Virus record (IMG/VR): IMGVR_UViG_3300011217_000001
Location: 64,001 to 128,000 of that record
Length of the DNA: 64,000 bases
Source: a virus
Taxonomy: Duplodnaviria > Caudoviricetes
Strand: one strand, 5' to 3'
Part shown: piece after piece, positions 18,625 to 27,840 of the stretch
How the letters are laid out: each line of letters opens with the position of its first letter
How positions within the stretch are numbered: the stretch's first letter is position 1
The notes under the pieces: model-generated
Databases searched by the model: none
The model's input: only the letters and a program-made list of their open reading frames with translations
What the model was told of the DNA's origin: nothing
Program-made: the position numbers and the translations under genes

Positions 18625-19707
18625 TCAGTAAGGCTGTTCGCGACGCACGTCGTAGGGGATGACCAGCTTGCCGCGCAGGTTCTTGCACAGCGGGCCCAGC
18701 TCGATCACCAGCACATGACTGTAGTCATTGCAACCGCAGTGGAACGGACCTTCGTTGCGGCCGTTGTAGACGATGCGCGCGCCGGAGACATTGAACTCTA
18801 CTTCCTGCGGGGAGGAGATCCAGAAGTCACCGGTCAGTCGCGTGCCATCGCGCCACTTGCCGTCATGGGTACGTACCGGTTCACCGACACGATACTTCAA
18901 CAGGTTCTGGTAGAGGATGGTGCCTTCCAGATCCTGGTAGTACGACTCGGCCAGCTGCTTGCGACCCTGACCACCGAGGTGATCGGGATAGATGAAACCT
19001 GACAGGTCCGTCACGCAGATCATCGCGCTGAGGCGATTGTCCGGGATCAGGATGACTTCCATCGCGCCGATCCAGACCAGGCAGTTCGGACGGAAGCGAA
19101 GGCGAGCCAGGAAATGACCACGCTGCAGCCAGCTCGGCGGGCAGTTGGAGAAGTCGACGTCGAAGTCTTCCATGTCCAACCAGATGCGGTAGCGATCACG
19201 CATTGCCTGCGCTACGCTCTCCTTGGTCATCCGGGCGTCCACGTGCAAGTGGATGTGCGTCTTGCCCAGATACGCTTCCATCAACATGCGATGGTAAGTG
19301 AACGTCTCGCTGCTGCACCAGCCGGTCTTGCGAGTCGGTGTGATGTGCACCTGCGTCAGCGTGTTGCCCAGTGCGGCTGGAGCGCTGAGCTCCAACTGGT
19401 CGGGTGCGAAGTCCGTCTCGTTGGCACGGTTGATCAGATCGACCAGTACGTGCTTACCCGGCTTGTTGTACGGGTAGATCGGTTCGGCACACTGCCAGGC
19501 TTCAGGCTGACGATGCTGATGCGGGAAGTGCTCGTAGTGTCGGGGATCAGGGCGCGGATGGGAGTGCCCGTGATCGTGGTGATCGTGCGGACCCTGTGCA
19601 GACGGCCGACGTCCTTGAATCGGCGGGGCCGAGCTCCAACTATCTTGATCCGAGAAGTTCCCGGGGGACGAGTGTCCACCTCGCGGGAAGGGAGGCTGGC
19701 TGTGCAT
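18625..19707 (-). CDS. Virion tail/baseplate-associated protein (gp130-like) with a His/Pro-rich N-terminus
   Basis: GGAG RBS. LVDLIN.AN...TYHR...W.G...DLSGF.YP motif shared with the neighbouring paralog family. Confidence 0.7.
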   Translation of the reverse strand: MHSQPPFPRGGHSSPGNFSDQDSWSSAPPIQGRRPSAQGPHDHHDHGHSHPRPDPRHYEHFPHQHRQPEAWQCAEPIYPYNKPGKHVLVDLINRANETDFAPDQLELSAPAALGNTLTQVHITPTRKTGWCSSETFTYHRMLMEAYLGKTHIHLHVDARMTKESVAQAMRDRYRIWLDMEDFDVDFSNCPPSWLQRGHFLARLRFRPNCLVWIGAMEVILIPDNRLSAMICVTDLSGFIYPDHLGGQGRKQLAESYYQDLEGTILYQNLLKYRVGEPVRTHDGKWRDGTRLTGDFWISSPQEVEFNVSGARIVYNGRNEGPFHCGCNDYSHVLVIELGPLCKNLRGKLVIPYDVRREQPY

Positions 19708-19861
19708 GCAAAGACTCCGTTAAAGGGAAAAGGAAAGCATCGAAAGCGTCGATGTTTTCGGGGTAGCCATAAGATTGGGTGGCGTCCTTTTATAAAGACC
19801 AATCCTATGTCCTAGGAGGGATACTAGACATCCACCCAGCCATTTCAAAGGAGTCTTTCCA

Positions 19862-21061
19862 ATGAGCGAAATTGACCAGAGTCAGACCAGCGACAAGTTG
19901 TTGCTGAACCTGATCAACGTCGAGAACGAGAGCACCATCGAGCGCGAGCAGATCGACTTCGGTCTGCCCAACACGCTGGCCGAGCCGATCGAAGGCAGCG
20001 ATGCCAACACCCGTACCGAGGTGATCGCGGTTCCGGATGCCCCTTGGAACAAGAGCGTCAAGGTGGAATACCACCGCCGCGAGCTGCCGCGCTACTTCGG
20101 CGATGAGATCGAGGTGTCCGTCCCCAAGGGCGCTTCCAAGGAAGACATCGTCTCGCGCATCAACGCCGAGTACGGCACGAAGCTGGCCCACCTGGAGATG
20201 GAGATCTCCCCGGCGCCGTCGGCAGACAACATCCCGGGCGAGTTCGTCCTGAAGGCAGTACCGAATTCGCTGGGCTACATCGGTCAGGTGCCCCTGATTC
20301 TGGATCTGGTCCGTTCGCCGTTGAGCGATCGTCTGACCAAGTCGGATCTGGATGGCTTCATCTATCCGAACGCCAACACGCCCTCGCTGAACAACATCAT
20401 CCTCGAACGCAATGTCCTGGGTCCGACTGGCGTCCCGGCCATTGTTTCGAGCGGGATCACTGACAACCGCAAGGGCTTCAACTTCGCCAAGAATGGCGAG
20501 GTAGTGGCGTTCGTGCGTGCCTTCAATACCACGGGTGGTTGGGATACCACCGGCGGCGTGGGCGTTGACCCGAATGCGGAGGGCATCTACCCGATCCGTA
20601 CCGCCACCGGCTCGCACAGCAACTTCGGCTATGCTCGAAGCTGGCAGGTTGCATTCGGTTTCCAGCTGACTGCCGAACAGACCAAGTTCCAGGACATCCT
20701 GGAAGGTTACGACGTCGAGGTGGAAATCAAGACCTCCTTCCCCAATGGCACGGGCGAGAAGACGGTCACCTGCCGCGCCGAGTACTTGCCTACCGACGCC
20801 ACGCGTCTGCGGCTGGTCAACAAGGAAACGGGTGCTGTCGTTGGTAACATGTCCAATACCGGCTCGGGCAAGACCACCTACAAGTCCCTCCTCAGTACCA
20901 GCAGTCAGGCACTGTTCCCGGGCATGCAGGTCACTGAAACTTCGGTCAACGGTACGCGCATGTCGATCTATCGCGGTCGGATCAAGACCAAGCTGACCCT
21001 GACCCGCAAGACCGGTCGTGCCAAGGTGGTCGAGATCATCACCGAAGCCATCGCATCGTAA
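19862..21061 (+). CDS. Tail-tip family virion protein (conserved N-domain, variable C-domain)
   Basis: AAGGAG RBS. LLNLIN.EN...FG.P...APW...Y.R...DLDGF.YP N-domain. Confidence 0.8.
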   Translation: MSEIDQSQTSDKLLLNLINVENESTIEREQIDFGLPNTLAEPIEGSDANTRTEVIAVPDAPWNKSVKVEYHRRELPRYFGDEIEVSVPKGASKEDIVSRINAEYGTKLAHLEMEISPAPSADNIPGEFVLKAVPNSLGYIGQVPLILDLVRSPLSDRLTKSDLDGFIYPNANTPSLNNIILERNVLGPTGVPAIVSSGITDNRKGFNFAKNGEVVAFVRAFNTTGGWDTTGGVGVDPNAEGIYPIRTATGSHSNFGYARSWQVAFGFQLTAEQTKFQDILEGYDVEVEIKTSFPNGTGEKTVTCRAEYLPTDATRLRLVNKETGAVVGNMSNTGSGKTTYKSLLSTSSQALFPGMQVTETSVNGTRMSIYRGRIKTKLTLTRKTGRAKVVEIITEAIAS

Positions 21062-21071
21062 GGAGTAGTCC

Positions 21072-23000
21072 ATGGACGTTTGCCCATTGGCAAAGCCCAG
21101 CAAGCTGCTTGTCCTCGACCTGGTCAACCAGGAGAACGACAGCAGCATCACCGAGGAGCAGTTGATCTTCGGTGAAGTGGAATCGAACGAGGAGGGCGGT
21201 AACACCGCCCTCCGTCTCACGGCTGCACCTGATGCGCCGTGGAACAGCTTCGTTGACACCACCTTCGATCGTCTCGATCTGGCGGTGCTGTTCAACAACG
21301 AGCGCGCGGAAGTCTCCCTGCCCAAGGGCGCAACTGCCGCTGACCTGATCTGTCATTTGAACTTCACCTACGACCTGAAGTTTGACGTCAATGAATTCGA
21401 CGTCGTTCCGCAGGAAGATGGTGAACTGCCGGAACTGTACAAGGTCACGGCGAAAGCTGGCAACATGGCCTACGTGGGCTCGGTCGATGTATTTGCCGAT
21501 CTCGATCGCATGCCCTTGTCGGCCCGACTGCTCACCACGGACCTGAACGGCTTCAAGTACCCGTACCGGGGACCGTCGCTGGACCACGTGGTGTACGATC
21601 AGGATACCGACTACAGCGCCTTCGGTAACTTCGGTTACTATGGTCGTCCCAACGACCCGTCACTGATCCCGGAATATCGACGTGGTGCACTCTCTGGTGA
21701 CAACGGAGAAGTGAAAGCGTACATGATGTACGAAGTTCCCACCTACGATCCGACCCTGGCTGCCAATCAGTCTGGAGTTGGTCGTTTCTATGGTCCTCGT
21801 GATGCTGTCGACGGCGTGGTGATTATCCCGCAGCCGAAGGTAGCCTTGCGTCAGGGCAATGCGGAGCCCGTACTTCTCGTCGGCATTCAGTCCTCTGATG
21901 GGACGACCGTCCTTACCACCAAGGGCATCACTGATACATACGACGCAACCTTGCGTCTTGTCTCTGGTAACGGCGGCAGTCAGCGTAGCGTGCGCACCTA
22001 TACGCTCATCGATGCTCCTGAGCGTATCGATGCTATCTATTGGAAGGCCGATCCGGATTCTGCCAAGGCAGGTTCTATCGACGTCATGGGCGTGCTGTCC
22101 GGCGGCGGGACGATGATTCGTACGTACGACTACCCCGGTACATTCAACCGCTCCATGCCTGGCGTGACTGCTTGGTCTGGTTCCGTCGATGGGCGAACCA
22201 TCCGTCGAGTATTCGGTGAGGTTGAAGCCACGTTGACGTTGCAGCGTAAGGTCGGTCCTGCCGAACCGATCGTCCTGCATCTGAAGATGCGGACTGATCC
22301 GATTGAAGGGGCGGTCGGTACGCTGGACAAACCGGCTTACTTCGCCTCGCAGCCCGTGGGCCTGCCCAACGGTCTCGGCGTGACCAATATCCCCGGCGAT
22401 ACCGGTGGGCTTGTTGATTACGCCGAGAACGGTGAAGTTATCGTCTACAACCGTGCGGTGCAGGCAACAGCTGTCAGTGGTGAGGTGCGGGCAACACCCA
22501 CGCGCACCCCGAAGACGTCTATCATCAACACCAGGATGGAGCCTTGGCGCGTTTCCCTAGGCCTGAGCCGTGACATCGATGCGCTCGGCGATGATCGTGT
22601 CATGAAGGAATATGACATTCAGCTGGTTTCGCGTAGCAGGCCGGCGAGCAATGCTTCTTGGGTCACCGAAATCCGTGACATGGTCAGTCGAGTCGACGCC
22701 AATGGGAAGCTTCAGTACGACCTGAAGTTGCAGGGTGGTACGAACGCCTACAACGCCGGTAGCAGGAAGATCGGCGAGAAGAACTTCTGGATTGCATCCA
22801 TCCAGCCCAATGGTAACCAGAGCACTGCTGCTATCGCCCTCGCAGATGTCCCACCGTTCCACAAGGGTCTGAATGTAACTCAACTGGGCACAGGTCGGTA
22901 CGCATACATCGGCCAGACCGAACATCGCTGGAAACTCAAGCGCAAAGACGGCAAGGGCGCTGCGATCGAGCTGGTTACCCTCTACGACTTCAAGGCATAA
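21072..23000 (+). CDS. Tail-tip family virion protein with two tandem variable domains
   Basis: AAGGAG RBS. MDVCPLAK N-domain, then two NGEV...L.RK.G units. Confidence 0.8.
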   Translation: MDVCPLAKPSKLLVLDLVNQENDSSITEEQLIFGEVESNEEGGNTALRLTAAPDAPWNSFVDTTFDRLDLAVLFNNERAEVSLPKGATAADLICHLNFTYDLKFDVNEFDVVPQEDGELPELYKVTAKAGNMAYVGSVDVFADLDRMPLSARLLTTDLNGFKYPYRGPSLDHVVYDQDTDYSAFGNFGYYGRPNDPSLIPEYRRGALSGDNGEVKAYMMYEVPTYDPTLAANQSGVGRFYGPRDAVDGVVIIPQPKVALRQGNAEPVLLVGIQSSDGTTVLTTKGITDTYDATLRLVSGNGGSQRSVRTYTLIDAPERIDAIYWKADPDSAKAGSIDVMGVLSGGGTMIRTYDYPGTFNRSMPGVTAWSGSVDGRTIRRVFGEVEATLTLQRKVGPAEPIVLHLKMRTDPIEGAVGTLDKPAYFASQPVGLPNGLGVTNIPGDTGGLVDYAENGEVIVYNRAVQATAVSGEVRATPTRTPKTSIINTRMEPWRVSLGLSRDIDALGDDRVMKEYDIQLVSRSRPASNASWVTEIRDMVSRVDANGKLQYDLKLQGGTNAYNAGSRKIGEKNFWIASIQPNGNQSTAAIALADVPPFHKGLNVTQLGTGRYAYIGQTEHRWKLKRKDGKGAAIELVTLYDFKA

Positions 23001-23012
23001 CAGGAGTAAACA

Positions 23013-24224
23013 ATGGACATCTGTCCGCTGGCAAAATCGGGTGAGGAGCTCATCCTCAACCTGATCAACTCCGAGAACAACACGGAGATCACGGCCGAGC
23101 AGCTGGTGCTCGGTACGCCTGCGGCCAACAGCGAGGGCGGCAACACCGCCCTCAACGTTGCAGCCGCCGAAGACGCACCCTGGAACAAGTTCGTCGACGT
23201 TTCCTACGATCGACTGGACGTGGCCACCGTCTTCCACAATGAACGGGCGGAGATTTCACTGCCCAAGGGCGCCACCACGTCTGATCTGGTCTGTCACCTC
23301 AACTACACCTACGGCACTGCCTTCAAGGTGGATGAGTTCGACATCAAGCCGATCGAGGACGGTGAGCTGCCCGAACTGTACGAGATGACCGCCAAGGCGG
23401 ACAACCTCGCCTACACCGGTACGCTGCAGGTCTTCGCGGACCTCGACCGGATGCCGCTGTCGGCTCGCCTGACGGTGACCGATCTGAATGGCTTCGGCTA
23501 TTACAGCGAAAGCATCCCTTCGCTCAACAACATCATCGTTGAGAACAACGTAACGATGCCGGCCAGTTACCCGGTGGCGATCGGTCGTGGCGTGGACAAT
23601 CGGGTCGGCTATAACTTCGCCAAGAATGGTGAAGTAGTGGTCGGTTGGCGGGGTATTCGCCATACCAACTTCGCCACTGAATCATCCAGCGGGGCATCTC
23701 GTCGGGGCGATGGCAGCATCATCCTCAATACCGAAACTCCGACCGGCTCTCCCCCGGGCGGCGGCAACACGTGGCGTGGACGTCCGTGGCGCTTCTGCAT
23801 GTACCTCGGACTCGATCCTGCGCAGAACACGTTTGCGCATATCGCCGACGGCTACGACATGTCCATTGAGCTGACCACCAAGAGCGACGGTGCTCCGTTC
23901 ATCGTGACGGGTGCCTTGGTGCGCTCTGGCAATGACCTGGTGTGGCAGAGCAGCATCGGACTGAACATCCCGCTGACCTACAACAGCAACCAGAAGATGT
24001 ACGTCTTCCAGTTGGATGACCTCATCGACAACTCCACCACCATCACGATTCGCCGCCTGCTCAACGGTCTGCGTATGACCGAACGCAAGGTAGCGGGCCC
24101 GGGTATCATCTACAACGGTATCTGGATCCGCAACGGTGACTTCACCGCGACGCTGAAACTCGTCCGCAAGACCGGTCGCGCTAAGCCTGTCGAGATGACG
24201 ATGGTCAGCACTGTTTCCGCGTAA
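23013..24224 (+). CDS. Tail-tip family virion protein
   Basis: AGGAG RBS; MDICPLAK N-domain. Confidence 0.8.
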   Translation: MDICPLAKSGEELILNLINSENNTEITAEQLVLGTPAANSEGGNTALNVAAAEDAPWNKFVDVSYDRLDVATVFHNERAEISLPKGATTSDLVCHLNYTYGTAFKVDEFDIKPIEDGELPELYEMTAKADNLAYTGTLQVFADLDRMPLSARLTVTDLNGFGYYSESIPSLNNIIVENNVTMPASYPVAIGRGVDNRVGYNFAKNGEVVVGWRGIRHTNFATESSSGASRRGDGSIILNTETPTGSPPGGGNTWRGRPWRFCMYLGLDPAQNTFAHIADGYDMSIELTTKSDGAPFIVTGALVRSGNDLVWQSSIGLNIPLTYNSNQKMYVFQLDDLIDNSTTITIRRLLNGLRMTERKVAGPGIIYNGIWIRNGDFTATLKLVRKTGRAKPVEMTMVSTVSA

Positions 24225-24239
24225 CACGAGGAACCTTAG

Positions 24240-25457
24240 ATGGACGTCTGTCCCCTTGCAAAGACCGGTCAGGAGCTGGTCCTCGAATTGGTGAACGCCG
24301 AGAACTCCTCGGCGATCACTGAGGAGCAGCTTGTCTTCGGCTTGCCCGAAGGCACTGATGCTGAACAGAACACCAAGCTGAACCTGACGGCGGCTGTCGA
24401 CTCGCCCTGGAACAGCTTCGTGGACGTGGAGTACGATCGCCTTGACCTGAACACCTTGTTCCACGGTCAGCGCGCTGAAGTCTCCGTCCCGAAGGCTGCA
24501 ACACCTGCCGACATCATCTGTCATCTGAACTTCACCTACGGGACCAAGTTCGATGTCAATGAGTTCAAGGTGACGCCGGTTGAAGACGGTGAGCTGCCTG
24601 AGCTCTACAAGGTCGAAGCGCTCGACAACAACCTGGCCTACACCGGCACGTTCGACGTGTTCGTTGATCTGGAGCGGATGCCTCTGAGCGCACGCCTCCT
24701 GAAGACGGACCTGGAAGGTTTCACCTATCCGAACGCAGGCGAGCCCAGTTTCAACAACGTGATCTACAACGCCAACGAAACCGGCCTCATCGGCATCACT
24801 CAGCTCGGCGCCTACTCTGAAGCCCCAGCAAGTGATCGTGACCAGTGGCGTACTGGCATGCGTTCGGCCAACAACGGTGAACTGCTCATCTACGTCGGTG
24901 GCGATGTGTCCACCAGTCATCGCAACGTCAGTAGTCGGGCCAACATCAGTAAGTTCAATTGGCCTTACGAAGACGGCGTGATGATCCTGCCGCAGATGAA
25001 AATTGGCGGTGACGTTACGCAGTCTGCTTTCTTCATCTCCTGCGGTTTCCGACGCGTCAACGCGATGGACTGGACTGCGGCTGAGTTGCTCGAATTGTAC
25101 GACATCAGCGTGGAGGCCTTCAGTCGTAATCGCCAGACGAACGACAACATGGCCATTGGTTTCACACGCCGAGCGATCGCGCGAGTGCATCCCTCCAACC
25201 CGCAGACCATCCAGTGGCTGCTGGAAGACAATAGTACGCGCAACTGGTCTCTTGTGAACAACGCAGCCACCGGCAACTGGTTCCGTTCGTCCATCCAGCC
25301 GGGCGTCGGCATACTCCCGGGCTTCCGTGGCTGGTCTGGCTCCGGCGCCAGCCGTGCTCATGGTGAAGGTCATCTCACCATCACCGCCAAACGCAAGGAT
25401 GGCAAGGGCAAGCCGCTGGTCGTACGTCTGGACTTCCGCACGGATCCGGCTTTCTAA
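24240..25457 (+). CDS. Tail-tip family virion protein
   Basis: GAGG RBS; MDVCPLAK N-domain. Confidence 0.8.
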   Translation: MDVCPLAKTGQELVLELVNAENSSAITEEQLVFGLPEGTDAEQNTKLNLTAAVDSPWNSFVDVEYDRLDLNTLFHGQRAEVSVPKAATPADIICHLNFTYGTKFDVNEFKVTPVEDGELPELYKVEALDNNLAYTGTFDVFVDLERMPLSARLLKTDLEGFTYPNAGEPSFNNVIYNANETGLIGITQLGAYSEAPASDRDQWRTGMRSANNGELLIYVGGDVSTSHRNVSSRANISKFNWPYEDGVMILPQMKIGGDVTQSAFFISCGFRRVNAMDWTAAELLELYDISVEAFSRNRQTNDNMAIGFTRRAIARVHPSNPQTIQWLLEDNSTRNWSLVNNAATGNWFRSSIQPGVGILPGFRGWSGSGASRAHGEGHLTITAKRKDGKGKPLVVRLDFRTDPAF

Positions 25458-25491
25458 TCCCACCGCTTCACCCACCACAGCAGGTACTTAG

Positions 25492-26655
25492 ATGGACGTC
25501 TGTCCTCTCGCAAAGTCCGGCTCCGAGTTGATCCTGGATCTGATCAACGCCGAGAACGGTTCCACCATCACCGAAGATCAGATTGTCTTCGGTGAGCCCA
25601 CTGCCTCCACGGAAGATGGCAACACGGGCCTGAACGTCGCTGCTGCGGAAGACTCTCCGTGGAACAGCTTCGTCGATGTCAAGTACGATCGTCTGGATCT
25701 GGCAACGCTGTTCGGCGATCAGGACGTTTCGGTGTCCGTGCCGAAGGAAGCCACGGCGGCCGATATCATCTGCCACCTCAACTTCACCTACGACCTGAAC
25801 TTCAAGGTCGACGAGTTCGATCTGCTGCCGCAGGAAGACGGCGCAATCCCCGAGCCGTACAAGCTGCGCGCGAAGGCGAACAATCTCGCCTACACCGGCG
25901 AGTTCCCGCTCTTCGTTGATCTGGAGCGCATGCCCTTGTCGGCACGTATCCTCGTCACCGATCTGGACGGCTTCGGTTATCCCAACAGCGATATCCCGTC
26001 GCCGAACAACCCGATCCAAGTCCAGGTGCCGACTCGCTCATCGGGTAGCTCGTACTACGCAGCCTTCACCAAGGACTACGGTGATCTGCAGTTGAAGATC
26101 GAACTGGGGATGGGCGGTAATACCCCGCCGGCTATCCCGGTGCGGGTGCTCGACCGTACCGACGGCGTGCGCCAGATGGCATGGCGTTACAGCAACCAGG
26201 GCTCCTCCACGGCCTCGATCGAGGTCACTGCCTCGAAGGGCGGCGTGGCTTTGAAGACCGCCGCTATCCTGGACGACTACGATATCAGCGTCATCGAAAT
26301 CGGCACCCTGGGTGAAGGTCCGGAGATGAAGGTGATCTTGGCCGAGGCCAATGGCACTGGCGCCCCGCTCAGGAGCGATGACGGGCTGACCTACCCGATT
26401 CGCTTCAACGCCGCTCCTACCAACAACTTCGCCATGAGGATGCTGGTCGATGTTGGCAGCAGCCAGCCGGCAGTCGGAACCTACGCTCGCATCCTGCGTG
26501 ATACGTACGGTGTCGGCTACGGCTCGGCCACCGGTGGCGGTTCGACCTGGTACTACCGCCGTGGGCAGATGATCTATCGCCTGAAGCTGAAGCATCGTCG
26601 CAACCCGAACAAGCCCGACTTCTTCATCGATTTCCCGGTCGAGTTCACCCTGTAA
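25492..26655 (+). CDS. Tail-tip family virion protein
   Basis: MDVCPLAK N-domain with the most divergent C-domain of the array. Confidence 0.8.
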   Translation: MDVCPLAKSGSELILDLINAENGSTITEDQIVFGEPTASTEDGNTGLNVAAAEDSPWNSFVDVKYDRLDLATLFGDQDVSVSVPKEATAADIICHLNFTYDLNFKVDEFDLLPQEDGAIPEPYKLRAKANNLAYTGEFPLFVDLERMPLSARILVTDLDGFGYPNSDIPSPNNPIQVQVPTRSSGSSYYAAFTKDYGDLQLKIELGMGGNTPPAIPVRVLDRTDGVRQMAWRYSNQGSSTASIEVTASKGGVALKTAAILDDYDISVIEIGTLGEGPEMKVILAEANGTGAPLRSDDGLTYPIRFNAAPTNNFAMRMLVDVGSSQPAVGTYARILRDTYGVGYGSATGGGSTWYYRRGQMIYRLKLKHRRNPNKPDFFIDFPVEFTL

Positions 26656-26731
26656 TAGCCGAAAGCGACCGACTCTCGCGAATCATGTGAGCGTCTCCTC
26701 ATCCCCGCTCCACCCAAAAGGTACTTAGAAA

Positions 26732-27781
26732 ATGATCGACTACTTGAACAAGCCGGGTAAGGAACTCCTCCTGGACCTGATCAACGATGACAACGATGCC
26801 ACCTTCACCTTCGAAGAGCTGATCTTCGGGCCGCCGGTGGAACTGAGCAAGAACCAGGACGAGCGCAACACCGCCTGTACGGTCACCGCTTCGCCGACCA
26901 GCTACTGGTACGGTCCGGTCACCACGCGCTTCGAGCGCCTGTTCCTGGATCGCATGTTCATCGACCAGGAAGTCGAGTTCTCCGCCAAGGACGTCGTGTC
27001 CGACGCAACCCTGCTCGACGCGCTGAACGCCGAATACGGCCTGAAGCTGGAACCGACTGACGTCGAAGTCATCGGCGCCTACCCGGGCGAGTTCGGTACT
27101 GCCGAACTGACCGTCAAGGCCAAGCCGGGTTCGTACGTGTACCTCGGCGAGATGGTCGTCCAGCTGATCGCTGAAAAGATCATGCTGCCGAACTACATCA
27201 CCCACACCACGCTGAAGGGCTTCCAGTACCCCGAAGCAGTGCCGGCTCACGTGGGCAAGGTGGTCAACGCCTACACCGAAGCGCTGACCAACCCGGGCAT
27301 GGATCCGTCGATCGTGGACCACGTGTTCTACGAAGTGGGCACCAACCAGGAAGCCATCGTCGGCGTCGGCGCCAACATGAACGGCAAGGTGGCCTGGTCC
27401 AACGGTGGTCACGACGTCACCGGCGGTGCCAAGTTCATGGTGCTGTTCGAACTGGCCAACCCGGCCTCGCTGGCTGAAGGCGCCAAGATCGAAAGTCTGT
27501 ACGACTTCCGTCTGCGCGTGGAAGGCAACCGCGAGGTGTCCTACAAGTTCATGGCTGAAGACGGCAACTACTTCCTGCGTCAGGAAGTGACCGGCGACGC
27601 CGTGGTGGACCTGGACGACATCCCGCTGGTGGCCTCTGCCTCGGGCCTGAAGTTCCAGGCGCTGGTTGACCTGGAAGCCATCATCGGTGGCGTGCAGTCG
27701 GCAACCGCCGTGGCCATCCGCAAGGCCGGCTTCGGTCCGCGCGTGCTGGGTCACTTCACCCTGTCCAAGCCGCAGACCTAA
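26732..27781 (+). CDS. Divergent tail-tip family virion protein
   Basis: LLLDLIN.DN...FG.P...F.RL...L.GF.YP motif; strongly biased codon use. Confidence 0.8.
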   Translation: MIDYLNKPGKELLLDLINDDNDATFTFEELIFGPPVELSKNQDERNTACTVTASPTSYWYGPVTTRFERLFLDRMFIDQEVEFSAKDVVSDATLLDALNAEYGLKLEPTDVEVIGAYPGEFGTAELTVKAKPGSYVYLGEMVVQLIAEKIMLPNYITHTTLKGFQYPEAVPAHVGKVVNAYTEALTNPGMDPSIVDHVFYEVGTNQEAIVGVGANMNGKVAWSNGGHDVTGGAKFMVLFELANPASLAEGAKIESLYDFRLRVEGNREVSYKFMAEDGNYFLRQEVTGDAVVDLDDIPLVASASGLKFQALVDLEAIIGGVQSATAVAIRKAGFGPRVLGHFTLSKPQT

Positions 27782-27800
27782 TCTGCGACCGGCAGTCGAA

Positions 27801-27840
27801 GGACATAGAGGGAGGGGCGAAAGCCCCTCCCCTTATGCCG
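27801..27840. terminator. Hairpin between convergent genes (GAAA loop, ACATAG/TATGCCG flanks)
   Basis: GGGAGGGGC-gaaa-GCCCCTCCC. Confidence 0.75.

Noticed and set aside
19862-27781. Shufflon or diversity-generating retroelement behind the variable tail-tip array
   Set aside because: All copies are complete, co-oriented genes with synonymous divergence. No invertase, reverse transcriptase, inverted crossover sites or adenine-specific TR/VR pair was seen.
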